In this document: positions 36,925 to 46,697 of the stretch, piece by piece
How the letters are laid out: the number at the start of each line of letters is the position of its first letter
How positions within the stretch are numbered: the first letter of the stretch is position 1
Source: an uncultured Acidobacteriota bacterium
GTDB taxonomy: Bacteria; Acidobacteriota; Thermoanaerobaculia; Multivoradales; UBA5704
Assembly: GCA_963700145.1 (NCBI GenBank)
Contig: OY969474.1
Coordinates: forward strand, 4,416,001 to 4,480,000
Length of the DNA: 64,000 bases
Direction of reading: 5' to 3'
The notes under the pieces: model-generated
The model's database searches: none
The model's input: the letters and a program-made list of their open reading frames with translations, nothing else
What the model was told of the DNA's origin: nothing
Position numbers and translations under genes: made by a program

Positions 36925-39207
36925 ATGTCGCCTGAGATCGGGTGTGCCCGGCGCCGTCCCCTCGCCTTCGCCCTCCTTGCCTTCCTCTCCACCGCCGCCG
37001 TCCTGGCCCAGGACGCGCCGCCGCCGCCGGCCGACACGTCCGGCAGCCCGCCGCTCACCATCCGGCGCGCCGCCGGCGAGATCGTGGTGGACGGCAAGCT
37101 CGGCGACCCCGGCTGGGAGGGCGCCTCGCGGGTGGACACCTGGTTCGAGACCAACCCCGGCGACAGCGTCGAGCCGAAGGTGCCGCACGTCGGCTGGCTG
37201 GCCTACGACGACCGCTTCTTCTACGCCGCTTTCGAGTTCGCCGACCCCGAGCCGGGGAAGATCCGCGCCCCCTACGCCGAGCGCGACAACGTCCCCAGCA
37301 CCACCGACTACGGCGGCGTCATCATCGACACCCGCAACGACCGCAAGTCGGCGCAGATGTTCCTCGCCAACCCGCGCGGCATCCAGTACGACGCGCTGAC
37401 CAACGACGCCGCCGGCGAGGACAGCTCGCCCGACTTCTTCTGGGACTCTGAAGCGAGCATCACCGACAAGGGGTGGATCCTCGAGCTGCGCATCCCGTTC
37501 TCGTCGCTGCGCTACGACGGCGACGCCGACCCGCAGACCTGGGGGATCCTGCTCTACCGCAACTGGCCGCGCGACTTCCGCTACCAGATGTTCTCGGCCA
37601 AGCTGCCGCGCGGCGGCAACTGCTTCATCTGCCGCCGCAACGACCTGACCGGCCTCGAGGGGCTGCCGCGCGGCGGCCACGTGGTGGCGGCGCCCTTCCT
37701 CGCCGCCAGCCAGCTCTCGCTGCCCGAGGCGGGGCTGGGCACGCCGCTCGAAGACGGGGACGCCGAGGCCGAGCCCGGGCTCGACGTCAAATGGATCCCC
37801 GACCCCGACCTGGCGCTCGACGCCACCCTGAACCCCGACTTCTCGCAGGTCGAGTCCGACGCGGCGCAGATCGCCGCCAACGAGCGCTTCGCCCTCTTCT
37901 TCCCCGAGAAGCGGCCCTTCTTCCTCGAAGGCATCGACCTCTTCTCGACCAACTTCCGCGCCGTCCACACGCGCTCGATCACCGCCCCGCGCTGGGGGGC
38001 GCGGGCGACGGGGAAGTGGGGCGACACCGCCTACACGGCGCTGGTCGCCGAGGACCGCGGCGGCGGCCTGGTGATCATCCCTGGGCGGCAGGAGTCGAGC
38101 TTCGCGCTGCAGGACTTCGAGTCGCTGGTAGGTGTGGCCCGCGTGCGCCACGACATCGGGGACTCTTACCTGAGCTTCCTCGCCACCGCGCGCGAGATCG
38201 ACGGCGGCGGCAGCAACCGGGTCTACGGCCCCGACTTCCGCTGGCAGCCCAACGCCAGCGACACGGTCAGCGGCCAGTTCCTGCTCGCCGAGAGCCAGAC
38301 CCCCGAGCGCCCCGACCTCGCCGCCGAGTGGGACGGCCGGCGCCTGTCGGGCTACGCCACCGACCTCTGGTGGTCGCACTCGACGACCGCCGTCGACTGG
38401 TTCCTCGATTACACCGACGTCGACGACGAGTACCGCGCCGACAACGGCTTCCGGCCGCAGGTCGGCTACCGCACCGGCTTCGGCGAAGCGGGCTACACCT
38501 TCCGCCCCACCGGCTTCCTGCGCCGCGTGCGCACCTTCCTCATCGCCACCTACACCGAGGACCACGACGGCGCCCTGCTCAACAGCCAGGTCTCGCCGGG
38601 GGTGGGGATCGACGGCCGCTGGAACTCCTTCCTGCGCTTCCGCTACGCCTTCGACGAGGTGGCGAGCGGCGTCCAGACCTTCGAGCGCGAGCAGTTCCAC
38701 TTCCAGATCGACGCCAGCCCGTCGCGGCGGGTGAGCTTCGTCTCGCTCTTCGGCAACGTCGGCGAGGAGATCGACTTCCTGCACTCGCGCCTCGGCGACG
38801 GCGGCACGGCGTCCCTGCGCGTCACGGTCAACGCCACCGACCACCTCGAGCTGCGTCTCAACGGCGACCGCCGCTGGCTCGACGTGCGCGGCGCGGACGG
38901 CCGCAGCGGGCGGCTCTTCACCGCCGACGTCGGTCGCATCCGCGCCACCTACACCTTCACGGCGCGCGCCTACCTGCGCCTGATCGGCCAGTGGGTGGAG
39001 ACCGAGAACGACCCGGCGCTCTTCAGCTTCCCGGTGGCCGAGCGCACCGGCGACTTCTCCGGCTCGGCGCTCTTCGCCTACAAGCTCAACTGGCAGACGG
39101 TGCTGTTCGTGGGCTACGGCGACAACCGGACGCTCGTCGACGGCGACCGGCTGGAGCCGGCGAACCGGCAGGTGTTCCTGAAGGTCTCCTACGCCTTCCA
39201 GCGCTAG
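36925..39207 (+). CDS. CBM9-like/DUF5916 outer-membrane protein
   Basis: IVVDGKLGDPGW, ELRIPFSSLRY, NPDFSQVESD, FPEKRPFFLEG; C-terminal barrel strand FLKVSYAF. Confidence 0.85.
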   Translation: MSPEIGCARRRPLAFALLAFLSTAAVLAQDAPPPPADTSGSPPLTIRRAAGEIVVDGKLGDPGWEGASRVDTWFETNPGDSVEPKVPHVGWLAYDDRFFYAAFEFADPEPGKIRAPYAERDNVPSTTDYGGVIIDTRNDRKSAQMFLANPRGIQYDALTNDAAGEDSSPDFFWDSEASITDKGWILELRIPFSSLRYDGDADPQTWGILLYRNWPRDFRYQMFSAKLPRGGNCFICRRNDLTGLEGLPRGGHVVAAPFLAASQLSLPEAGLGTPLEDGDAEAEPGLDVKWIPDPDLALDATLNPDFSQVESDAAQIAANERFALFFPEKRPFFLEGIDLFSTNFRAVHTRSITAPRWGARATGKWGDTAYTALVAEDRGGGLVIIPGRQESSFALQDFESLVGVARVRHDIGDSYLSFLATAREIDGGGSNRVYGPDFRWQPNASDTVSGQFLLAESQTPERPDLAAEWDGRRLSGYATDLWWSHSTTAVDWFLDYTDVDDEYRADNGFRPQVGYRTGFGEAGYTFRPTGFLRRVRTFLIATYTEDHDGALLNSQVSPGVGIDGRWNSFLRFRYAFDEVASGVQTFEREQFHFQIDASPSRRVSFVSLFGNVGEEIDFLHSRLGDGGTASLRVTVNATDHLELRLNGDRRWLDVRGADGRSGRLFTADVGRIRATYTFTARAYLRLIGQWVETENDPALFSFPVAERTGDFSGSALFAYKLNWQTVLFVGYGDNRTLVDGDRLEPANRQVFLKVSYAFQR

Positions 39208-39225
39208 CCAGCGCAGGCGGAGGGA

Positions 39226-39465
39226 CTAGTTGGGCGGGGACTCGCTCTCCAGGGCCTGCAGCCGGGCGAAGGTGGCGCCGGCGAGGAGCGCCGAGCGCCC
39301 CGCCGCCAGCGCCTGCAGCGCCTCGAGCGGCGGCACGAAGTTCTGCGCGTCGCGGCAGAGCGGGTCGGCGCAGTGCCGCCAGCGACCGGCATGGCCGTGG
39401 CGGACGTGCTCGGCCGCCGCGCGCAGGTTGGACCGCACGACGAGGTTGAAGTGGCGGTCGGTCAC
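39226..39465 (-). CDS. Small hypothetical protein (possible His/Cys metal site)
   Basis: 79 aa, HVRHGH...HCADPLC; GGAG upstream of GTG. Confidence 0.5.
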   Translation of the reverse strand: MTDRHFNLVVRSNLRAAAEHVRHGHAGRWRHCADPLCRDAQNFVPPLEALQALAAGRSALLAGATFARLQALESESPPN

Positions 39466-39550
39466 GCCGTTCTCCTTCCCAAACGGAAAATGACTTCCCT
39501 GATTTTAGGGCAGGCCGGCGGGGATGACTAATCGAAGTGCTGCGATGCGA

Positions 39551-40906
39551 TTAACTTTTTGTTCGCAGCGGCGCGGCGGGCTCGACCACCAGCATGGGCG
39601 CGGTGGTGCCGCCCAGGACGTCGCGCGCCACGGTGACCGGCTCGCTCCCCACCGCCCGCACCCGCGAGAGGACGTCGAAAAGGCTGTCCTCCCAGACCAG
39701 GTCGGGGAGCGGATCGCCGAGGCGGTCGCCGTCGAGCCGGCGGACGCCGCAGGCGGTGGCGCGGAAGCGGAGCTGCATGGGGTCGAAGCTCTCCAGCGGA
39801 TCGAGCGCCCCGATCCAGAGCCCGCCTTCGGCAGCGCGCGCCAGCTCCTCCCAGCCGGCGCCGCCGGGGACGAGGGCGAGGTGGTCGGGGCGCGCCTCGT
39901 CGTGCGAGACGGCGTGCGGGGTGACCGGCAGCCCGAGCTCGCGCCCGAGCGGCGCGTCGACCGCCGGTGTGCGCGCCACGCCGCGGGCGATCAGCTCGAC
40001 CGGCACCGCCGGCGTGCCGGCGATGTCGAAGGGGAACGGCAGGGCGCGCGGATCGAGCGGGTCGTCGCGCAGCGTGATCGCGGGGTGGAAGACCTGCGTC
40101 CCCAGCCGCCCGCGCAGCGCCGCCCGCCCTTCGTGGAAGGAGAGCGCCGAGAGAGTGAGCTGACAGAGGAGGTCGAGGAGGCGCGCCACCGCTTCCTGCG
40201 AGAGGAGGAGGGGCGGCGTCCCCGCCGGCGGCGCCGCCGGCTGCCACGGGGCGTGGCGCTCGCGGGCCCGCGCGAAGACCCGCGGCAGGTCGAGGCCGGC
40301 GAGCGAGCGCGCCGCGGCGTGCGCCGAGCCGGCGCCGGGGCCGCGGCCGCAGCTCACCTGGAGGGTCGCCGCGGTGGCGCGCGCGGCGCGGCGCAGGCCG
40401 CCGCTGCCGACGACCGCCACCCGCCCCTCCATCCAGGCGAGCCAGGCGAGCTCCCCTTTGCCCACCAGCCGGTGGACGCGGTCGCGCGCCCAGGGGCCGG
40501 CCAGGCGGGCGAGCTCGGGGTCGAAGAGCGGCGAGGCGCCGACGGGAATGATAGCCGGGCCCGCCGGCTCCGCCGCGCTCGCCGCCTGGGGCGCGGCACC
40601 GTTGCCCGCAACCGCCGCGCTCGGCGTCATCCGCGCGTGCGCCAGCGCCTGCCGCACCGCCGCGTCGAGGTCGGAGAGGCCGGCGGCGCCGGTGCGGTGG
40701 AGCCCGGTCCGGCCGCGCTCGCGCACCCGCACGAAGACCGTGCGCTCGCGCCGCTCGAAGGTATCGCGCCGGCGCTTGCCGTTGCTCTCGAGGTGGCGCA
40801 CCGCCTCGACCCAGGCCAGCTCGGTGGAGTCGGCGGGGGAGCCCTCGATCACCCGCTCGAGGCGGTCCACCATCTCGTCGAGCGGCGCGAGCTCCGGGAC
40901 GGGCAC
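39551..40906 (-). CDS. TldE/PmbA-family protein
   Basis: ITLRDDPL, PFDIAGTP, ELIARGV, GLPVTPHA pattern; no HExxxH. Start re-called at GTG 40906. Confidence 0.8.
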   Translation of the reverse strand: MPVPELAPLDEMVDRLERVIEGSPADSTELAWVEAVRHLESNGKRRRDTFERRERTVFVRVRERGRTGLHRTGAAGLSDLDAAVRQALAHARMTPSAAVAGNGAAPQAASAAEPAGPAIIPVGASPLFDPELARLAGPWARDRVHRLVGKGELAWLAWMEGRVAVVGSGGLRRAARATAATLQVSCGRGPGAGSAHAAARSLAGLDLPRVFARARERHAPWQPAAPPAGTPPLLLSQEAVARLLDLLCQLTLSALSFHEGRAALRGRLGTQVFHPAITLRDDPLDPRALPFPFDIAGTPAVPVELIARGVARTPAVDAPLGRELGLPVTPHAVSHDEARPDHLALVPGGAGWEELARAAEGGLWIGALDPLESFDPMQLRFRATACGVRRLDGDRLGDPLPDLVWEDSLFDVLSRVRAVGSEPVTVARDVLGGTTAPMLVVEPAAPLRTKS

Positions 40907-41001
40907 CGAGCCAGTGTAGCAGCGGCGCCGCGCGCCCCCGGATGGCTTATCCTTTGCACCTTGAGCGCACCACGATGCCGTCCGTCCACCGCGGAAACGC
41001 C

Positions 41002-42669
41002 GTGAAATCAATAGTTATGCTGTGCGCGATGGGGCTCGCCGGAGTCGCCGCCGCCACCGCCGAGGACGGCGCCGACCTCATCTTGGAACACGGCGTCTTC
41101 TACCCCGTCGAGCCGCCGGGCCGGGTCGAGGGGAGCCTGGCGGTGCGCGGCGGGCGGATCGCCTACCTGGGGCCGGACGCCGGCGCCGTGCCGCTGCGCG
41201 GACCGGCGACCCGCGTCGTCGACCTGGCGGGGCGGGCCGTCACCCCCGGGCTGATCGACGCCCACTCCCACCTCACCGGTCTCGGCGCCCGCCTGGCGCA
41301 GGTGGACCTCGCCGGCGTTCCGACCTACGAGGAGGTGGTGCGGCGGGTGCGCGCGGCGGCGGCCGCGATCCCGGCCGGCGGCTGGGTGCGCGGCCGCGGC
41401 TGGGACCAGAACCTCTGGCCCGAAAGGGACTTCCCGAACCACGCCGCGCTCTCGGCCGCGGTCCCCGACCACCCGGTCTGGCTGACCCGCGTCGACGGCC
41501 ACGCCGCCCTCTTGAACGCGCGCGCGCTGGAGCTGCTGGGGATCGGCGCCGCCACCGCCGACCCGGCGGGCGGACGCATCCTGCGCGACGCCGCCGGCCA
41601 GGCGACCGGGGTGCTGATCGACAACGCGATGGACCTCGCCGCCGGGCGCCTGCCGGTGCCGTCGGCGGTGGAGCTTGCCGAGGCGCTCACGGCGGCCGCC
41701 CGCCACTGCCTGGAGCGCGGGCTCACCACGGTCACCGACATGGGCGTGAGCCAGCCGGTCTACGAGGCCTACGCCGGCCTCCGCCGCGAGGGGCGCCTGC
41801 CGCTGCGCGCCGCGCTCTTCCTGACCGACGACGAGGCGCTCCTCGCGCGCTGGTTCGAGCGCGGCCCGGAGCTGGACCCCGAGGCGCGGCTCCAAGTGCG
41901 CGGCGTCAAGCTCTACGCCGACGGCGCGCTCGGCAGCCGCGGCGCGGCGCTCGTCGAGCCCTACGCCGACGACCCCGCCAACCTCGGGCTCCTGGTGACC
42001 CCGGGCGGGCGCCTGGAGGAGGTCACGCGCCGCGCCCTCCACCACGGCTTCCAGGTCGGCGTGCACGCGATCGGCGATCGCGGCGCGCTGGTGGCGCTCG
42101 ACGCCCTCGAGCGCGCCGGCGGCGGCGCCCGCCCCGAGGCGCGGCTGCGGCTCGAGCACGCGCAGGTGCTGCGCCTGCAGGACATCGAGCGGCTGGCGCG
42201 GCTGGGGGTCCTCGCCTCGATGCAGCCGACGCACGCCACCTCCGACATGCCCTGGGCCGAGGCGCGCGTCGGACCCGTGCGCCTGGCCGGCGCCTACGCC
42301 TGGCGGAAGGTGCTCGACGCCGGCGGCCGGCTGGCGCTGGGCAGCGACTTCCCGGTCGAGGCCGCCGACCCGCTCCTCGGGCTCTACGCCGCCGTCACCC
42401 GCCAGGACCTCAAGGGGCGGCCGGCGGACGGCTGGCTCCCCGCCGAGCGGCTGACCCGCGAGGAGGCGCTGCGCGGCTTCACGCTCGACGCCGCCTACTC
42501 GCTCTTCCTCGACGGCGAGGTGGGGTCGCTGGCGGTGGGCAAGCGCGCCGACCTCGTCGTCTTCGGCGCCGACCCGATGCAGGTGCCGGCGGCGGAGATC
42601 CCGCGCGTGCCGGTCGACCTCGTGCTGGTGGACGGCGCGGTGGCGTTCGCGCGCCAGGGGGCGCCGTGA
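41002..42669 (+). CDS. Amidohydrolase family 3 (YtcJ-like), exported
   Basis: PGLIDAHSH, VKLYADGALGS, HAIGD, EHAQ, GSDFP, GKRADLVV. Confidence 0.9.
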   Translation: MKSIVMLCAMGLAGVAAATAEDGADLILEHGVFYPVEPPGRVEGSLAVRGGRIAYLGPDAGAVPLRGPATRVVDLAGRAVTPGLIDAHSHLTGLGARLAQVDLAGVPTYEEVVRRVRAAAAAIPAGGWVRGRGWDQNLWPERDFPNHAALSAAVPDHPVWLTRVDGHAALLNARALELLGIGAATADPAGGRILRDAAGQATGVLIDNAMDLAAGRLPVPSAVELAEALTAAARHCLERGLTTVTDMGVSQPVYEAYAGLRREGRLPLRAALFLTDDEALLARWFERGPELDPEARLQVRGVKLYADGALGSRGAALVEPYADDPANLGLLVTPGGRLEEVTRRALHHGFQVGVHAIGDRGALVALDALERAGGGARPEARLRLEHAQVLRLQDIERLARLGVLASMQPTHATSDMPWAEARVGPVRLAGAYAWRKVLDAGGRLALGSDFPVEAADPLLGLYAAVTRQDLKGRPADGWLPAERLTREEALRGFTLDAAYSLFLDGEVGSLAVGKRADLVVFGADPMQVPAAEIPRVPVDLVLVDGAVAFARQGAP

Positions 42670-43382
42670 AGCGCGCGGCCTGCCTGGCCCTCGCCGCCCT
42701 GCTCTTCGCCGGCGCCCCGGCGGCGGCCGCCGACCCCTTCGCGCGCTCGCGCCGGGAGATGGTCGAGCAGCAGATCCGCTCCCGCGGCATCGTGCAGCCG
42801 GACGTGCTGCGCGCCATGGAGCAGGTGCCGCGCCACCTCTTCGCGCCGCGGCCGCTCCAGGAGCAGGCCTACGCCGACGAGGCGCTGGCGGTGGGCGCCG
42901 GGCGGAGCATCTACCAGCCCTACATCGTGGCGATGATGACCCAGCTCCTCGACCTCGACCGCAACGACAAGGTGCTGGAGGTGGGGACCGGCTCGGGCTA
43001 CCACGCCGCGGTCTTGTCGCGCGTGGCGCGCCAGGTCTACTCGATCGAGATCGACGCCGGCGTGGCGCAGCAGGCGATCCGCCGGCTCGGCGAGCTCGGC
43101 TACCGCAACGTCGAGGTGCGGGTCGGGGACGGCTACCTGGGGTGGCCGGCGTGGGCGCCCTACGACGCCATCCTCCTCTCCGCCGCGCCGCCGCACATCC
43201 CGCAGCCGCTCCTCGACCAGCTCCGCGTCGGCGGCAAGATGGTGGCGCCGGTCGGGGAGTTCTTCCAGGACCTGCTGGTCATCACCAAGACCGCCGACGG
43301 CCTGGAGAAGCGGAGCGTCATCCCGGTGGTGCTGTCGCCGATGCGGGGCAAGGTGCGCGATGTGCATCGGCCCCGCCGCTAG
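42666..43382 (+). CDS. pcm: Protein-L-isoaspartate O-methyltransferase (copy 1, with signal peptide)
   Basis: VPRHLF, QPYIVA, VLEVGTGSGY, GDGYLGW, YDAI; GTG 42666 overlaps the upstream stop. Confidence 0.9.
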   Translation: MKRAACLALAALLFAGAPAAAADPFARSRREMVEQQIRSRGIVQPDVLRAMEQVPRHLFAPRPLQEQAYADEALAVGAGRSIYQPYIVAMMTQLLDLDRNDKVLEVGTGSGYHAAVLSRVARQVYSIEIDAGVAQQAIRRLGELGYRNVEVRVGDGYLGWPAWAPYDAILLSAAPPHIPQPLLDQLRVGGKMVAPVGEFFQDLLVITKTADGLEKRSVIPVVLSPMRGKVRDVHRPRR

Positions 43383-44124
43383 GCGGCGGGCGCGGCGGAC
43401 GGCCGGCACCCTGGCCGCTCTCCTGGCGGTCGGAGCGGGATGCGCCATGGCAAGCGACCCCACCTTGGTGGCCCGGCGGCGGATGGTCGAGGAGCAGATC
43501 CGCGGGCGCGGCATCACCGACGCGCGCCTCCTGGCGGTGCTCGCGGAGGTGCCGCGCCACCTCTTCGTGCCGGAGGCGGAGCGGTCCGCGGCCTACGGCG
43601 ACCACCCGCTGCCGATCGGCGCCGGGCAGACGATCTCGCAGCCCTACATCGTCGCCCTGATGACCTCGCTGCTGGACCTGAAGCCCGGCTCCAGAGTGCT
43701 GGAGATCGGCACCGGCTCCGGCTACCAAGCCGCCGTCCTGTCGCGCCTGGTGCGCGAGGTCTACTCGATCGAGATCGTGCCGGAGCTGGGGGAGCGGGCG
43801 CGGAAGACCCTGGGCGAGCTCGGCTACGGCAACGTCCAGGTGCGGATCGGCGACGGCTACCGCGGCTGGCCCGAGGCCGCGCCCTTCGACGCCGTCCTCT
43901 TGACCGCCGCCCCCACCGACGTGCCGCAGCCGCTCCTCGACCAGCTGAAGGTGGGCGGCAAGATGGTGCTGCCGATCGGCCGCTGGTGGCAGGAGCTGGT
44001 GGTGCTGACGAAGACCCCGAAAGGCATCGTGCGCGAAGAGGTCGCGCCGGTCCGCTTCGTGCCGATGACCGGCGAGGCGGAGGACGGGCCGCCCGCGCGG
44101 CCGCCGGAAACGCCCGGCACGTAG
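43360..44124 (+). CDS. pcm: Protein-L-isoaspartate O-methyltransferase (copy 2)
   Basis: VPRHLFVP, QTISQPYIVA, VLEIGTGSGYQAA, GDGYRGWPEAAPFD, VRFVPM. Confidence 0.93.
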   Translation: MCIGPAARRRARRTAGTLAALLAVGAGCAMASDPTLVARRRMVEEQIRGRGITDARLLAVLAEVPRHLFVPEAERSAAYGDHPLPIGAGQTISQPYIVALMTSLLDLKPGSRVLEIGTGSGYQAAVLSRLVREVYSIEIVPELGERARKTLGELGYGNVQVRIGDGYRGWPEAAPFDAVLLTAAPTDVPQPLLDQLKVGGKMVLPIGRWWQELVVLTKTPKGIVREEVAPVRFVPMTGEAEDGPPARPPETPGT

Positions 44125-44149
44125 GCCGGGCGCTACGTCCGGTCCGGTA

Positions 44150-44177
44150 GCGCCCGGGCCACGTCCCGGGCGTTTTT
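44150..44177 (+). terminator. Intrinsic terminator after the pcm pair
   Basis: GCGCCCGGG/CCCGGGCGT stem followed by a T run. Confidence 0.6.
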
Positions 44178-44182
44178 GCGTC

Positions 44183-45243
44183 TCAGCCGCCGGGCGCGCA
44201 GCCGCCGCGCGCCGCTTCCGCCGCAAGCGTCAGGCGCTCCCGCTCGCCGCCGTCCGGCGCCGCGGCGGCGGCCTCGGCGTAGGCGGCCGCGGCCTCGGCG
44301 CAGCGCCCCTGGGCCTGGAGGGCGCGCGCCAGGGTGTCGAGCGGCAGGTGGCGGTCGGCGCCGCCGGCGGCCAGGGCGCGCCGCGCCAGCTCTTCGGCCT
44401 CGGCCTCCCGCCCGTCGTGCTGCTCGAGCAGCAGCCAGGCGAGGTTGTTGAGGGCGTCGCCGCTCGCCGGGTCGAGCGCCAGCGCCTGGCGGTAGGCGGC
44501 TTCGGCCAGCGCCGGCTCCTTGCGGCCGGCTTCGGCGTTGCCCAGGTTGGTCCAGACCAGCGCCGAAGGCGCCTCGTCGAGGAGCTTGCGGTAGAGCGCC
44601 ACCGCCTCCTCGACCCGCCCCGCCGCCTCCAGCGCCACCGCGTAGCGCACCATCCGGTCGGCCGGCGTCTCGGTCGTGCCGGCGGCCGCGTCGGCGGGGG
44701 CGATGAGGAGCGTCGTGTGCTTGGTCGGTCGCCAGGCGCGGTCGAGCTTTTCGAAGGTCGTCCAGCGCGGCGTCTCGTCGCCGAACTGCACGCGCACCAG
44801 GTCCTGGCCCGGCGCGATGCCGTCGGCAACGATGTAATGGTAGTAGTCGTGCGCCAAGCCGGGGGCTTCGAGCACCTTGAGCATCAGGATGGCCGGCCGT
44901 CCCGCCAGCAGCTCGCTCTTCACCAGCTCGGCGCTGCCCTCCACCATGCGCGCGGCGTAGCCGCGGCGGCGAGCCTCCAGCACCAGGTCGAGCGTCAGCA
45001 CGCCGTCGTTGCGCCCTCGCGGCAGCGCCGCCTCCAGCTCCTCGAAGGTCGCCGCGTCGCCGTAGTAGCCGAGGACGACCTTGAGGCTGCCGGCGCCGCA
45101 GCTCTCGACGCCGAAGCTCTGCACCGGCACGCCAGGCAGCACCCGGGCGTCGGCGCCCGGGCGCTGCGAGCGGGGGGCAGGACGGCGCACCCGCCGGCCG
45201 CGAGCCCGGCCAGCAGGAGCGCCGTCGCAGAGGTGAGACGCAC
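44183..45243 (-). CDS. PA2778-like lipoprotein: C39-like cysteine peptidase + TPR, apparent 1-nt frameshift at 45172-45177
   Basis: Signal MRLTSATALLLAGLAAGGC in one frame. VPVQSFGVESCGAGSL, YYHYIVADG and TPRs (ALNNLAWLL) lie in another frame. The frames join across a C6 run. Confidence 0.8.
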
Positions 45244-45249
45244 CGGTCG

Positions 45250-45621
45250 CTAGGCGATGGCGACGATCGCCAGCACGATGACGCCCGCGACGACGATCCA
45301 GATCCACCACGGCCACTGCCCGGCGGCCTGGAGCTGCTCGACCTGGTTGGCGAGCGCCGACAGCTCTTCGGGAGCGAGCTGGGCCAGCCGCAGGTTGGCC
45401 TCCTCGCGGGTGAAGCCTTGCGCGGCCAGCGCCGCCGCCACTTCCTCCTGGTCGATGACGGAGGCGAGGCTGGCGAGGTCGCTCTCGCGCTCGACCAGTG
45501 TCTGGTCGGGCGCGGTCTTCGAGGGAGCCGGCAGCGCGTAGGCCGCCGGCGCCAAGGCGGCGGCGAACAGCAGCATTGCGAAGCCGGCGAGGATCAGGTG
45601 ACGGAGCCGTACGCTGTGCAT
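45250..45621 (-). CDS. PA2779-like protein (copy 2)
   Basis: Signal peptide, EEANLRLAQLAPEELSALANQVEQLQAAG plus hydrophobic C-terminus; GGAGG RBS. Confidence 0.8.
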   Translation of the reverse strand: MHSVRLRHLILAGFAMLLFAAALAPAAYALPAPSKTAPDQTLVERESDLASLASVIDQEEVAAALAAQGFTREEANLRLAQLAPEELSALANQVEQLQAAGQWPWWIWIVVAGVIVLAIVAIA

Positions 45622-45632
45622 TCGAGCCTCCC

Positions 45633-46001
45633 TTAGGCGACCGCGACGATTGCGACGACGATGAGGACCGCGACGAGGATCCAGATCCAGTAAGGCACCT
45701 GCCCGGCGGCCTGGAGCTGCTCGACCTGGTTGGCGAGCGCCCCGAGCTCCTCGGGGGCGAGCTGGGCCAATCGCAAATTGGCCTCCTCGCGGGTGAAGCC
45801 CTGCGCGGCGAGGACCGCCATGACCTCCTCCTGCTCGAGGACGCCGGTGACGGTCGCGAGGTCGGCCTCGCGCTCGGCCAGCGTCTGGTCGGGGGCGGTC
45901 TTCGAGGGCGCCGGCAGCGCGGCGGCCGGCGTCAGGGCGCCGGCGAGCAGCAGGACGGCGAGACCGGCGAGGAACAGATGGGGACGTCGTGAGCTGTGCA
46001 T
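45633..46001 (-). CDS. PA2779-like protein (copy 1)
   Basis: Near-identical paralog of the downstream gene; GGAGG RBS before ATG 46001. Confidence 0.8.
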   Translation of the reverse strand: MHSSRRPHLFLAGLAVLLLAGALTPAAALPAPSKTAPDQTLAEREADLATVTGVLEQEEVMAVLAAQGFTREEANLRLAQLAPEELGALANQVEQLQAAGQVPYWIWILVAVLIVVAIVAVA

Positions 46002-46124
46002 CGGGGCCTCCTCTGTAGGGTCGGTTTTCCGGCGACGCCGGCGCAACCACCCCGCCCCGCCGCCTGTCTGGCCGCTTGGGGCGTGCAAGCCGGGTGCCCG
46101 GACGGAGGGGGAACGCCGGCCCGC

Positions 46125-46697
46125 CTAGGGCTCCCGGCGGAGGCGCACCGTCCAGTCCGCCAGCTCCGCGAGCAGCCGGCCGACGAACTCCCGGGTCTTC
46201 TCGTCGGTCAGCCGGCCTTCGGCGTCGAACTTCTCGTGCGCCCGGTAGACCAGGATCTCCGGCTGCAGCACCGCCGGGTTCTGAGTGAAGACGAAGGCCT
46301 GGCGGAGCTGCGTCTGCGCCCGCGCCGTGCCGGTGACGGCGGGGCTGGCGCCGAAGATCGCCGCCGGCTTGCCGGCCAGCACCGAGGCCCGCGGCGGGCG
46401 CGAGGCCCAGTCGATGGCGTTCTTGAGCACGCCGGGCACGCCGTGGTTGTACTCGGGCGTGGCGATGAGCAGGGCGTCGGCCTCGCCGATCGCGCGCTTG
46501 AGCGCCTGCACCGGCTCGGGGTCGCCCGCGGCCTCCACGTCCTCGTTGAAGAGCGGGACCTCGGCCAGTCGGTCGAAGACCCGGATCTCCATCCCCGCCG
46601 GCGCCAGCTCCTGCGCCGCCCGCAGCAGCGCGCGGTTGTACGACTTCCGCCGCAAGCTGCCGGCGATGCCGCAGACGACGAGCGGGGGCGCGCTCAT
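46125..46697 (-). CDS. NADPH-dependent FMN reductase (ChrR-like)
   Basis: GSLRRKSYN, ATPEYNHGVPGVLKNAIDWASR; start re-called at ATG 46697. Confidence 0.92.
   Translation of the reverse strand: MSAPPLVVCGIAGSLRRKSYNRALLRAAQELAPAGMEIRVFDRLAEVPLFNEDVEAAGDPEPVQALKRAIGEADALLIATPEYNHGVPGVLKNAIDWASRPPRASVLAGKPAAIFGASPAVTGTARAQTQLRQAFVFTQNPAVLQPEILVYRAHEKFDAEGRLTDEKTREFVGRLLAELADWTVRLRREP

Noticed and set aside
42666-44124. PIMTs as aspartimide-forming lasso tailoring enzymes
   Set aside because: They lie 21 kb from the cassette in another operon, are canonical in length, and lack the C-terminal extension of RiPP-associated PIMT homologs.
44126-44177. Mutually exclusive hairpins as an attenuator
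   Set aside because: They lie between convergent genes with nothing downstream to regulate, so a terminator region is the simpler reading.
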